Of a stretch of DNA of 64,000 nucleotides, positions 12,923 through 25,062 are shown piece after piece. The notes under the pieces are model-generated. The model worked only from the letters and a program-made list of their open reading frames with translations. It was not told the DNA's origin and did no database searches. Position numbers and translations under genes: made by a program. Position 1 is the first letter of the stretch. Each line of letters opens with the position of its first letter. The DNA is from Lytechinus pictus (Eukaryota), in contig NC_087249.1 of NCBI RefSeq assembly GCF_037042905.1, positions 7,690,001-7,754,000 of the forward strand, written 5' to 3'.

Positions 12923-13712
12923 CCGGGGGGGGGGGGGGGAGGTCACTCAGATTTGGAGGGGTTAGGCCCGGTGGGGGGGGGGGGGGCAATCAGTATATTA
13001 TGCATAGTGGGTATGTGCCGCGGAGGGGACCCCCATTTTTACACTCAAATTTCCGTTCCAAGGCATAGCATTTTTGTCATATTGAGAAAAAGAACAAAGA
13101 AAGCCGCTCCAAAGCATAGCATTTTCTTCTTATCGTGAAAAAAGAAGAAATCCGCTCCAAAGCTTCGCATATTTTCCGTTACGCCGTTCCGGTCGCATTG
13201 ATCTGCTACAATGAGCCGCAATTTTGGTGAAAAGCGGCCGAAGAGCGCTATCCGACTATCACCTCTGCGCTAGCGCACCCAGCCCCCGGGCTAGCTGCAT
13301 GCACGTATGCCCGTTCCATAGGGATGCATACGCACTCAACACGCAGGCGACCCATTCCAAGGACCCCCGGTTTCACAAACTTTTGTAGTTCCGAAGCCCG
13401 TTCCGAGGACCCTCCTTTTTACAATAAGCCCGCTCCAAGGCCCACGTTTTTTGCCTCGCCTGCGGCACATACCTACTACTTTTTAGTCGAGTCCCCCCCC
13501 CCAGGGGGGGGGGGGTGTAGGATGTGTGGGCCCAAAATCTGAAACCATACCATTAAGAAAATAAGTTGCGAATGAAATGTGGGGCTTCAGAATTGAACAA
13601 GTTAGATGGCCCTCTGAAAATGGGGGAGCTTTGGAACTGGAATTTAATTTGAAATGGGGGGGGGGTAGATTACTTTCAGGTTTCACATATCTGCTTATCC
13701 CCCCCCCCCCAG
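12923..13712. mobile_element. Outer poly-G-terminus DNA element containing a nested relative
   Basis: CCGGGGG...GGTCACTCA left end, poly-C right end, degenerate GAAATAC/AAAATAC flanks. Confidence 0.45.
12967..13506. mobile_element. CCCGGG/poly-G-terminus non-autonomous DNA element (nested)
   Basis: Poly-G/poly-C ends; subterminal IR GGTATGTGCCGC / GCGGCACATACC; flanks GGGTTAGG / GGTGTAGG resemble a decayed TSD. Confidence 0.6.
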
Positions 13713-14810
13713 AAAATACATCTAGAAAGGATAAACAAACTGAACTCACAGAAATGCATTTAGCAATTGTTCTGCACAGGTCAAACCATCTATTGAACAT
13801 CATAACAAACCAGAGATCACATGCGGGACAAGCAAGCAGTAGACAGATTTTTTTTTCTTTCATTTATTTTTCATAGGTAAGCACACCATTCCACCATTTC
13901 CTTTCAAAGATCACAGTCTGCTTCTGAGGAAGTTATAGAGGAATAGAGTCATCACAGAATACTCAAATTCCTGGGTTTTGTTGAAAATAGTTGTGACCTT
14001 CACAGCTTGAAAAGTTAGGTCATTAGTAGGTCAACTTCAGTGTGATCAATAGTTTACGTTTTGTTCTGGAGGTTTCTAGCCAGAGGCAAAATACCTGTTA
14101 TTACATTAAAATTGTTACAAACCTGAGCAGTTCAAATCTGTGTTATTATGTTTATGAACTCCTACAGGGCTGATGTCACCCCCCCCCCATAATGTAGCTG
14201 TAGCGTCCCTTGTTCACGAACTGGCAGAACTTGCTTTTTTTTCAATTTGGGTGTTTTTGCATTTTGGATATCTTCAGATAACTTCTTTATCTAATAAGTT
14301 TTAAACTATAAAACTGATATTAATGTTACTATGGCAATTAAAGAAAATGAAAATGCCTGAAAAGTGTGATATATTGAAATTATACCCGATGCAAAAGGAT
14401 AAGTACACGTGTAAGATCATAGTTTAAACATTTAGAAATGATTAAAGTACATAAACAGACTCCCCCCCCCTATTTTTTTCCATTTTGGTATCAAACCACT
14501 TCTAAAGCATGAAAAAGGCCAAGAGTATTCAAGATATGATTTCTAGAACTTTCTTATGGTACATACAATGTTTTTAATTATCTTTTTTGCTCATATACAC
14601 AGGGGTCATTCAGTTCTTAGAAACAGGTTTAAATTCTCCAGGTTAGGGCTTTTGATTACATAACGGCTGCTGAGCAATCGAGACCCTGTTAGACCTTTAA
14701 TTTGTCTTTGATCTTAATCCGAACACACTTCAACCCTCACATCAGACACTCATGTTAGAACTGAAGAGCTTTGTACATCATTTAATCAGCTTCAGTTCAG
14801 TAAAGAGCTG

Positions 14811-15320
14811 GACCCCATTCTCATTTACTTTCTAGAAACAGTTTCCCTTAACCAGCATGGGGATAACAGCTTAGAGGATCACTTTGCAAGCATTCTCATC
14901 GCCATCTCCTGAAGTGGTTTCCAGAACCACTTAACCTAAAGTGGTCTTGTTTCTATTGAAACGCTGTCAATGGGGTCACATGTTTCACGCAGAATTCAAG
15001 AAAGTAGATGAGAACGGGGTCGTAAAGGCAATAAGTGAACATGCTCAGTGGAGTTGCACGTTTCACGTGGAATTTGAAACCGCAGCCTAGGCATTGTACA
15101 CTAAGTGTGTACCAAGTAGGGCGCCCTACATGCTCCCCAAAGAACGATCGCATCCTCACCTATGCTTAAACCATGTTTAAAGAGGCAAGGCAGTCCCGAA
15201 AACCACATCGCAAGGCGGCTTTCCAAACCAGTTTGGAAGGCCCACTTCAGATTGCTTCCAAGACTGATTTGAGTGTTCCCATCCACTAAACTGGTTTAAG
15301 AAATTAGAGGAGAACAAGGT
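14811..15320. mobile_element. Degenerate copy of the MITE at 48583-49046
   Basis: Shares internal motifs (GAAACCGCAGC, TTTCCAAAC-GGTTTGGAAG, CCACTAAAC) and TTCTC/GAGAA termini. Confidence 0.55.
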
Positions 15321-15352
15321 CTGAGATGACATGACTGGAGGAGAAGTCTCTG

Positions 15353-16928
15353 TGGAAACGGGATTTCATGAAGCATCTTGTAAGTGATTTTTCACTGACA
15401 AATTTGCTCTGAGCCAGGCGCGTAGCCAGGGGGGGGCGGTGGGGGCGGTCGCCCCCCCCAAAACGTCCCCAAAAAGAAAAAAAAAAGGGAAAAAGAGGAA
15501 AAAAGGAAAAGGGAAGGGAGGAAAGGGAAGAAAGGTAGCTTTGTCGTGTTTTTTTTCTTTTTATTCTTTATTTTTTTTTCTCAAAAGAGAAACTCCTTCA
15601 CTCTTGCTTTAAATTTATATATGAATTTTGCTTCCGCGCTGCGCGCGGTTAAATGACAATATTGAAGTTCTCCATTGTTTCCCCCACCCTTTCTCTAACT
15701 CTGCTTTTCCACCTCAGCTATATGTGTTTCTTGCCAGTTAAAGTTCAAATGTATAGATTAGGGCATGGAATTAGAGTAAGGTTAGGCCGAAGTATATGAA
15801 GTTATCTTTTTTTTTATTGATCGCGCAACTTCTGGTCGGGTCGGCTCCGGGCGGGTAAAATCTTTATATCAATTTCTGCCGTCACCTCCATAAAGTCAAC
15901 TTCTCCCGCTTTTCAGGTCATTACTAAACAACCATAATTTGGGGCAAACAGGTTCCTAATTGAAGAGGGATGTATAAAATTCGTGTCGTATTAAATAAAA
16001 AAGTACAATATTTTTTTTCAAATTCTATTAAACTTCATGTCATTTCCCTGCACATTCATCTCCTGTCCTGTTTTGCGCCCTTAGTTTGAAATTTTAAATG
16101 ACACTTAAGTTTCTTTATAATTCAAAATGAAGCGCTTCAGGATAAGTCAAAGAAATTAGGCATCCTTTTTTATATTATTTTAATAAATCACAGAAGTTTC
16201 AACTTTTTGCGCACTATTTTCCTTGTAATGAAGTTCAATAATCTTAGGAAATCGATTGAATTAGAGCCGATGGGGTATTAGATATATCTGCATTTGATGA
16301 AACGTCCGCCCTTTGAAATTTCAGAGTTTTATTGCTCTGCGCGGGGAGGAATATCTTCCTCCCGGCATATACACTTCTTCTCCTCTGTTTTGCGAGTTAA
16401 AGATATGCACTGTCGCTAAATTGTTTGTAATCAAATCTGATATTTCCAAGGAAGTATTCAATATATCTTTGAGAATACCCTTTTCTCGGGACCCTTTTCA
16501 TGGCAAAAAAAATTGATAAAACGCTTTAGCTTCCGCGCTTCGCGCGGGGTTATAATGATTTTAATTTCCTCCATTGTATTCCTTTTTGTGCGTTCACAAT
16601 CACTTTTAAAAACAAGTTCAAAATCACAATAAAGTCAACTGAATTGGAGCTGATATAGGTACTAGAGACAAGAGAGACGGTTCCTTTTCATTTTAATTTA
16701 TGAAACACCAAAAGCTTCGCGCTTCGCGCGGGAGGGGGAAACTCCCCCTCCCTGCACCCATCCCCCTAGGGAGCGCGCTTCGCGCGCTCTGTAAGTGTTG
16801 GCACGCTTCGCGTGCATTTACCGCCCCCTCCAAAATGAAATCCTGGCTACGCGGTTGCTCTGAGCCAATCAGATTCAAGGATATCAGTAGCTTATGACAA
16901 GTCAGTGTTTTATGAAATGCTCCTCTGT
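15353..16928. mobile_element. Harbinger-like MITE (host) split by a hAT-like insertion
   Basis: Left part ...TTTCATGAAGCA...GCTCTGAGC and right part CAATCAGATT...TTTTATGAAATGCTCC rejoin; related to 2975-3112. Confidence 0.5.
15415..16857. mobile_element. Non-autonomous hAT-like element, 1443 bp, perfect 8-bp TSD
   Basis: CTCTGAGC|CAGGCGCGTAGCCAGG ... CCTGGCTACGCGGTTG|CTCTGAGC; internal GCTTCGCGC repeats. Confidence 0.85.
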
Positions 16929-17870
16929 CTCTCCATATGATAAAAGCAGAATTAGACAATCATGAAACTGACAAAAGAAAAATTAATTTGATGACTTGCG
17001 ATGTCTTAGAAACTGAAACTGTTTGCATAAACAAACAGCGCTTTTCAATAGTGCCATGTCATTGAAAATCATCTTTTGGATTAACTCTACACTTTTAAGT
17101 TGTTGCATTAAAGTTGGATCAGCAATTATATACAGGATTTTCTAATTCGAACTCAACAACTATATAACCCTTCAAATCTTGATTTAAGGTATGATGAACA
17201 ACATCCATCTATCTATGAAAAGATCACATTCACATTTGCAACCCCCCCCCCCTTAACTGTCATGTTTATTTCAAGCAACAACCCCAAATATAAGATTTTA
17301 GCATATTTTTGGCACCCTTGTGGTTCCAACCATTTAACCTCATTTTTATCCCATGGGAGATTGAATTATTTTGCTGTAAAAGTAACACAAGTCTTCCATA
17401 GACTCCAGCTCACATATACACAGGCTCATTCTCAAAGGGCTAAAGCCATACTCCAGACTCAAATTTGACGTTGTTCATGACTATGAATAAAGAAATACAT
17501 TTAATTTGAAAATCTAAGATTACAATTTAAAAAAAAATATTTATTTCAATTGAATGTTCCAAAGCAAATGGATTTAAACCCATTTCTTGCAACTGTTTTA
17601 ATGCATAACCTGATTAAGTATTACATGGCATAACAGGGGGAGCCAAGAATCCCTGCATGTTCTGCGGCTATGATGGAGTATATACAACTGTTGGTCATTT
17701 ACAATGTGTGATCAGAAAAATAATCAAAATCAATTGAAGAACCCGAAATAAATGATTCAATTCTCTGAATAAATGGATTCTGATGTTCTAATCAGATGTG
17801 TTTTTCACAAAGGTTTAAGTATGACAAAGAGTCATGCTTAAATGCTCATGTGCAAATGATATGTAACGCG

Positions 17871-18417
17871 CCCGGGGGGGGGGGGGGGGGCACTTACATT
17901 GACGAGTGGATACCATGCGCGACCAGAAAAACACGTAAAAAGGATGTCGTTTTTAAGATAGGGCACGTTACGTACGTAACGTGATAAGGGTGTAAAAAAC
18001 ACAAAAATAATGGGAAAAGGGTATCTATTCCGCTAGGAAAGCTACGTGTTTAGGGTCAAATTTGCGAGGATGATAAAAAAAATTTAAATGTTTTATAAAG
18101 GATGTCCTTTCTGCCCCAACACTACGTGTTTCCAGTCCGATTTGCAAGAGGTGTGTAAACTAAAGGTAAAATACTGACTGACTGACGGTCCCGTGACATA
18201 ACAATAAAATATCGCTGTACTTGTTTAGGTGTTCATTTCAGGGAATATTTGCCAAGAGTATCGTTTTGTTTCCAATACTTGTTAAGGGTAGTGTTTCAGA
18301 CACCAATACTTGTTAAGGGGTGCATTTTCAGAATATGGAAAATACGTGTTTAGGGTGCTTTTCGAGACCCCTTGGTCGCGCATGGTATCCACTTGTCAAT
18401 TGAAGTGGCCCCCCGGG
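17871..18417. mobile_element. CCCGGG/poly-G-terminus DNA element with perfect 8-bp TSD
   Basis: GTAACGCG|CCCGGG(G)n-CACTT...GTGGATACCATGCGCGACC ... GGTCGCGCATGGTATCCAC...AAGTGGCCCCCCGGG|GTAACGCG. Confidence 0.85.
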
Positions 18418-18931
18418 GTAACGCGCGATCTTATAGACTAATACGCAGTATAGTGCACGTCCTCTTTGCACGATTTGATTGGTGATGCCTTTTATACTGC
18501 ACACAAATGTGAAATATGTGAAACACCCCCCCCCCCCGCTCATTTTGACAATGGCAATGTAAAATGTGAACCCCAGGGGGGCATGTCTCATATAAGAGAT
18601 GTGTCAAAGAATCTACCTATACATGAATATATCAATATGATATCATCTAATCATTTAAAATCGATTTATTGATATTGAAGTTCATGCATATGTAATCAGA
18701 CAGGAGGTAATATGCTTCCAAGGGAAAATACAGTACTTTGTTGAACAATACGTTACCCCCTACTTGGGCAAAAACAACATCAACAACAAAAGCTCACAGA
18801 TTCGAGATCATGTTTAAAGAAAATTACATCAATCGAGCTGGGGTATATACATACATAATCTCATTTGTAAAGAAATTGCATTCAGTCTCGGCCAGAAATT
18901 ATATTCAAGCTCACATGACAGGCTTACATTC

Positions 18932-19831
18932 GGTTTCATGACATTTGCTCCTGCGACAATGTTTTTCGGTTTCATGACATTTGCTCCTGTGACAATTGCT
19001 CCACTGGAAAATCTGCACGTTCAGCTAAACATGAAACCTACCCTCAACTTAAAGGTCAAGTCCACCCCAGCTAAATATTGATATGAATAAGTAGAGAAAA
19101 ATCAAACTAGCATAACACCGAAAATTTCATCAAAATCGGGTGTAAAATAAGAAAGTTATGGCATTTTAAAGTTTCGCTTATTTTTCACAAAACTGTGATA
19201 TGCACAACTCAGAGACATGCAAATGAGTCATGCGATGATGTCCATCACTCACTATTTCTTTTGTTTTTTATTGTTTGAATTATACAATATTTCATTTTTT
19301 TACAGATTTGACCATAGGGACCGACTTGACTGAACCATATAGTAATAAACAATGCTAATTCCACATGTTCAGGGAGGAATTAATCACTGTTTCACTTGAC
19401 AATGAGGAGGAAATTAGAATATTTCACATCTCATATATTAAAATACAAAAGAAATTGTGAGTGAATGACGTCATCAGTCTCCTCATTTGCATACCGACCA
19501 GGATGTGCATATAACTGTTTTGTGAAATTAAGCGAAACTTTAAAATGTCATAACTTTCTTATTTTACATCCGATTTTGATGAAATTTGCAGTGTTATGCT
19601 TGTTGGATTTTTCTCTTTTTATTCAAATCAAGTTTTTGTCGGGGTGGACTTGTCCTTTAATAAACCCTAATCCTTATCTTTACATTATTCTGAACCAAAA
19701 ACTCTATTACAATCTTAACTCTAACCCTATGCCCTCTGAGATATTAAGACTGGAGCAAATGTTGCACGAGCAAATGTTGCAGGAGCAAATGTTGCAGGAG
19801 CAAATGTTGCAGGAGCAAATGTGGAGTCACT
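18932..19831 (+). mobile_element. Element with CATTTGCTCC/GGAGCAAATG subterminal repeats and AACCCT-rich core, host of a family A MITE
   Basis: Duplicated left end (18932, 18968); 15-bp GGAGCAAATGTTGCA tandem at 19752-19821; relatives at 28650, 44449, 53460, 57870. Confidence 0.65.
19053..19656 (+). mobile_element. Kolobok-like MITE family A
   Basis: TTAA|AGGTCAAGTCCACCCC ... GGGGTGGACTTGTCCT|TTAA. Confidence 0.9.
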
Positions 19832-20530
19832 ACTTTTTCAGAATCTCATTGCATTTAATCTTCCTACTGATAACTTTGCATGCTCATGTCACCTATTTGA
19901 TTGAATGTAGAGCTTCAAAGAAAATGGAGAAAACAAGGTTTATAGTTCAGGGTTCACTCAAGCATGAGTTGTGCACACAGTGTCATTTGGAGAAACTTCC
20001 AAACAGTCCACCAGAAAATGTGGTGTCCAAGAAACTCTAAAGTACATGTATCTTTGTATGTTCTATTTAACTTTATAATTTCAAATTTTGACAGCAGGAA
20101 GAAGAAAAATTATTGTTTCAGATATATGTATTTTCAATCTCTTAATTTTTGAAAACCCTATACTTATTTTGGCAATTTTTAGAAAACATGCCCTGGCGAC
20201 TTATTGTTGGTTTTTTGGGTGGCTGGTAACATATCTGCAGCAAATCACCATTAGGGTTTCCATGGCAAATATCACTGATGATAGAGTGATTTATAGTTTA
20301 AATGCATTAAGGCCAAGAAGATCAAAAGGATAGAAAAAACTATGGCTGCCTTAATGCTATACTGTATTTTATTGTTCACCTCACAGTGGCATCACCGTAA
20401 AAGCTTTATAGCTAGACTAAAATAACTTCACCTATCATCTAGTATTGATTTAAGAACACACAAGGCTACCCCATTGCCTCCTGGAAGTGGGTTGTCCATG
20501 TACAAAGTTTCAAGAACTCAGTTGTCAACA

Positions 20531-20803
20531 GGGCCCCGTCTTACAAAGAGTTACGATTGATCCATGAATCGTAACTCTATGGAAATCCATCAGTGTCAAA
20601 AAAAAATTCTACAGGAAATTTGCAAAATGTCCTTTGTAAACAAAGGAAAACACACCAAATTGTCAAGAAATCAATGACTTTATGGATATTCATTCATATC
20701 TAGAATTTTTTTTGAACAAACATGGATTTCATATGTTGACTTTGCTGGCTTTCCTTAGTGGCGATTGATCGGATCAATCACAACTCTTTATAAGACGGGC
20801 CCC
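20531..20803. mobile_element. Harbinger/Tourist-like MITE family D (~270 bp)
   Basis: TIRs GGGCCCCGTCTTACAAAGAGTT ... AACTCTTTATAAGACGGGCCCC; other copies at 23967, 30571, 48467, 61239. Confidence 0.8.
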
Positions 20804-21174
20804 TGGTCAACAGATTATTCACTGAAGTGAGATTAATCAAAATCAATTTGAATGGCACTAGATTGTATATCTATAATAATGATTAGTGCAATAATGGTTA
20901 GCTTTCTAGTTCATACCTGTAGTCTCTTTCCCAACCATACCTACCTAAATTTTGTTCTCCTTTCTCCATTCCCTCTCATCTTTCTCTCTATACTTAAATC
21001 ATACATTATTTCATATTCTCTCCTCCTCTCTTCATCCTGTATTTAGCCCTCCTGTCTCTTCCCTCCCACACCATATATTTCCTTCCTAATAACAACTCTC
21101 ACAGCTCACAACAGAAAAATTAATTTTCTCCCTGCTTCGTCACGATCGACCTATGTAAGGATTTGAGCACTGAC

Positions 21175-21270
21175 CTTTTCAGAGGGCGTATGGAGTCCTA
21201 TTGCGTTGGGAACGACAAAAGCCGTTTTCTCTTTGGTTATCTTTGTAATCGTCTCCACTTTGATTGCAAT
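21175..21270 (-). CDS. GRAMD2: GRAM domain exon (phase 0-0, 96 nt) IAIKVETITKITKEKTAFVVPNAIGLHTPSEK
   Basis: Acceptor tgtttttcAG, donor AAG|GTcagt; TKEKTA-xx-PNAI is the GRAMD1/2 signature. Confidence 0.93.
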
Positions 21271-22074
21271 CTGAAAAACAATATGTGTAGATGTCCATGA
21301 AATAGAACATGCATGCATGAGTAATATTGTGGAGAATTGAAATTGCAAACTGCAGAATATCTGGAAAATATGAGTTCAGACTAATATTTGCTACAGCACT
21401 AGGACGAGGAAATAACAAAATTTGCAAAAGCTATATCAAAAGTAAAATAATCAAATATTATTGTTGGTAAAGATTTAAATCTTTTAAATCCACATTCGCA
21501 TTGGATACATGGATATATCTATCAAAAATAAATTCAATGAATGCAATAAATAAGTCAGAGATTCATAGGTCAGATTCATAATGTATTCATTATGCGTGAT
21601 TTGCTTTTAGGAATAAACACAAGAAATGCTTAGACAGGTTTTTTTTTAACAGAATGGTTAAGTGTAAAGGTTTGACCTATTGATTTTAAAAGTGTAAAGT
21701 ATTGACCCACTGATTTTAAAGATAACTGGATAAAGTATGCATGAACAAAGAAGAACTGCAATAAATTGCATCATAATCTTACAGTAGCGAAAGAAAGACT
21801 GGTGCCCATGGCTTGCCTTGGTGCACACCAAGGATTGTGCAACAATGTACAAGTAGTGAGAATGAGGTCAAATACATCCAATAGATGTATTTACTATTTA
21901 TAAGTAGACATAAGTTGTTTTTCTTTTTTACAAAATACTATTTTGTTTTTGTTTATCTGCTTATATTCTTTTGAATTGTATATTTGTCTTGTATTATTTT
22001 GTACTTCTTGTTTTGAACAAAATATTGGCGAATACCAGTGACGTAAATAAATTCAATTCATCTACGGTACTAAC

Positions 22075-22178
22075 CTGTTTTTCATAGGAGAAGATATTTG
22101 AATGGAAACAGATCCAGTTCTCTGATACAAACATTCTTCCTTGGAGTAGTATATCTCGAACTAAGGCACATGAATATG
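22075..22178 (-). CDS. GRAMD2: GRAM domain core exon (phase 1-0, 104 nt) (T)[34 protein letters not shown]
   Basis: Acceptor aatttcacAG, donor CAG|GTtagt; [14 protein letters not shown]...SENWICF-x-SNIF is the conserved GRAMD1/2 motif. Confidence 0.95.
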
Positions 22179-22343
22179 CTGTGAAATTTAAAAGGGGGAA
22201 AAAGGCTATCAAAGATAAAGTGCCAAATTAAAAAATGTATTAATGACAAGTAGAATTCTATCCTACCTGACTAGTAAAAATGCTGTTCAAAATTTCCATA
22301 CAACGTTGACAATAAGAACCTTACAGTAGTTGTTTAAACCTGT

Positions 22344-22629
22344 GGGCGCGACGGGGTCTAGTGGTTCTGACTCTCGCCTTTCAAACAGAGGGTCGTGGGT
22401 TCGAATCCTGGCCGTGGCATGTTTTCCTTCAGCAAGAAATTTAGCCACACTGTGCTGCACTCAACCCAGGTGAGGTAAATGGGTACCGGCAGGAAATAAT
22501 TCCTCAAAAGCTGTGTGCACCTGAATCAGTAGCCTAGCTTAGCCGGGTAATAATAGCAGGGCCCGCTGGGAGAACAGTTTTTGGAACTGAAGTGGCTACC
22601 CTAGGTAAATATACCGTTATTATTATTAT
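22344..22629 (+). mobile_element. tRNA-derived SINE, apparently full length
   Basis: A box GGTCTAGTGG (22355-22364), B box GGTTCGAATCC (22398-22408), central ...ACCCAGGTGAGGTAAATGGGTACC domain, (TTA)n tail. Confidence 0.85.
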
Positions 22630-22730
22630 AAAGGGGTACTATATGGGCTGAAAATAATAAAAAAAATCTAAATAAATGTTATCTTTTTCTGTTCAAATCA
22701 TATATTTTCAGCCTGGAGTACCCCTCTAAA
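22630..22730. mobile_element. Internally deleted Kolobok-like MITE (family C)
   Basis: AGGGGTACT...GGCTGAAAAT ... ATTTTCAGCCTGGAGTACCCCT; termini shared with 32375-32962 and 33067-33621. Confidence 0.5.
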
Positions 22731-23356
22731 GGGGTTCTTCAAGCTGAAAATTGCAAACATTGCAAATTAGTTCATGTTATTCCTAACAATGCAGACAATA
22801 GCAAGAAATATAACGGTAAAAAGAATGGGAATGAATATAAAAGAAAACCCTCCACAGGGTGAGAGGGAAAAAAAAGATTTATATCTCTTGCGTGATTGGG
22901 GACCAGGGACATTACAAAACATTACTTCCATACTAGAATTGTTTGATGTACCATCGTAACTCCATTGTTATGAATACCTGACTGCCTTTTCAAAATAGAA
23001 ATGCAGTTTACAATTCAAAGAATGATAATTCATTTTTTGTTGCTGCTTGATTGAATATATATTTTTAACTGCTGTGAAAGTACACAACTGAACACTGAAA
23101 GGCAAATATTTGCATAAATTTTTCTTACAATGATATGAATAAATATAATAATGCAAATTTTATTTAGTGTCTTATCCATTCTATTCTAATGGCTTTATTA
23201 TTCATACGGGGCCTTGTGGGTGGATATTAAAAATATCTGCACTATTTTTCTGATTTTCTTGGCATTACTACCATTAATTCTTCGAGGTGCCCCACAGAGT
23301 GGATAAATATGAAATAATTTTCTGAGTTCTGGCTATAATATACTTCTACAAAATGT

Positions 23357-23562
23357 TATAGGGCAATTCCATAAAATGAGCAACCTTTTGTATGTCTGAC
23401 CCCACTTTTCTCAAGTCTTTCTTCACTTCATAAACTGTAATGGTCATGGTCCTTTGGAAGCATTACAGACTGTCAAAATGATAAGAAATCAGAGACAGAA
23501 AATTTGTGAAGGTCCCACACATACGGGGTCAGACGTACATATTTTTATAGAATTGCCCTATA
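23357..23562. mobile_element. MITE in a TATA target
   Basis: TATAGGGCAATTCCATAAAA ... TTTTATAGAATTGCCCTATA. Confidence 0.7.
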
Positions 23563-23966
23563 ATATATTTATTTCTACAACACGCCATAATATACATGTA
23601 CTGCTACAACACGCCTTATACGTTTACAACACAACCTAGAACTGGACACTATTGGTCTTGCATGTCTTTGCTATAAAAACCATGTGCGTGCCAAGTTGTT
23701 TGTAAGTATTGAGCAAAAACTGAGGAAGTACATGTAGTTTGATCTGCAAGATTACAACTGACTGACCAAGCAGCCAGCCAACTGCAAATACACATACATG
23801 TATTTAATATTCACTGGTTTTGTGGGAGATACCATATATATTTCCTATAATGTGGTATCATCTCCCCAAAATATTATTAATATTACCTTTAGGCCTATAG
23901 CTGTATGATATGTAATTCAAGCTTTTATTTGTAGCAATTTATGTCAGTTTGCCTGATGGTACTTCT

Positions 23967-24213
23967 GGGCCCTATCTTACAAAGAGTTGCGATTTAACCA
24001 ATCAATTGTAACTATGGAAAGCCAGCAAAGTCAACATATAAAATGCATGTTTATTTATTTTTATTCTAGATATGAATGTATATCCATTAATTCATTGATT
24101 TCTTGACAATTTGGTGTGATCTCCTTTGTTTACAAAGGACATTTTGCAAATTTCCTGTAGAAAAAATTATGACACTGATGGATTTCCATAGAGTTACAAC
24201 TGATTGGATAATC
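23967..24213. mobile_element. Family D MITE, right end truncated
   Basis: GGGCCCTATCTTACAAAGAGTTGCGATT start; body is the reverse complement of 20531-20803. Confidence 0.7.
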
Positions 24214-24617
24214 GCACAGGCGCACATGTATACACTTCCCGCGTACACAAGTGATATGCTTTGGTGGTTTGATGAAGAAATGGGAAGACGGATAATATGG
24301 ACCGATAATTTACTACATAAGCGCAATAGAAAAATGATGAAATCGTGGAAGAGGGGTGTATGAATAATATGGTCCCTAGTCATACAGCTGAACCCTGGCT
24401 TGGCCATTGCGATGTATTTTGTGTTGAGTTTATCAATCAGACAAACTACGCATTTATATCTTGTCTCCAAATGCCTTATTCAGGTCATTCCTATATTCCT
24501 AACCCAACCAGAAATTTACCATATTTAAAGTGTTCAAGTTATGCCATGTTTTACATATTTAATTGTAAACTTGGGTGATATAATAAATTACATTCAATAA
24601 AGTTTATTTTTACTGAC

Positions 24618-24930
24618 AGCTTACAAGTTCACGAGCTTTCGAGTGCCACTGCAACTCTTTATCAAGTGACGAAAATTATCTGATAACTATTTATACCAAT
24701 CCCCAGGACCGTACGCACGAACGCGGTCACTTGATAAAGAGTTGCAGCGGCACTCGAAAGCTCGTGAACTTGTAAGCTAGTGAACACTTTTTGCGAGAGT
24801 GATCACGAATTTCCTAGAAAGCTAGTGAACACTTTTTGCGAGAGTGATCACAAATTTCCTTGTTGACCATAGTAGATTGGGAGACAAATGAATACCCTCT
24901 AGCGATTATTTCATTCCGCAATAATGAACC
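24618..24930 (+). mobile_element. Penelope-like retroelement pseudo-LTR remnant with inverted duplication
   Basis: 53-bp inverted arms (24618-24670 / 24726-24778, 1 mismatch) containing a hammerhead-like motif; 40-bp tandem duplication at 24776-24860; right boundary approximate. Confidence 0.55.
24727..24767 (+). ncRNA. Minimal type I hammerhead-ribozyme-like motif (mirror copy on - strand at 24629-24669)
   Basis: UCAC-UUGAUAA-A-GAG(U)UGC-AGCG-GCACUC-GAAA-GC-UC-GUGA: stem I, core with U3/A8, stem II, GAAA, palindromic AGCU mini stem III, UC cleavage site. Confidence 0.5.
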
Positions 24931-25062
24931 TATTTAGTGTTAGAAGTAAACTTTACTTTGATTTTGATTGGAAACTATACTCTTTATTATATATTACGTG
25001 TATCAATATATGGGCAGTCTACAAATTATTTTTTAACCGACAGATAGTGGAAAAAAATACTG

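Noticed and set aside
19465..20040. Longest ORF in the track (191 aa) with EQMLQ repeats
   Set aside because: It runs across a family A MITE end and the 15-bp subterminal minisatellite of the host element; a chance read-through, not a protein
22344..22416. tRNA gene
   Set aside because: A and B boxes are present, but the sequence continues into a SINE body and tail and has a second dispersed copy
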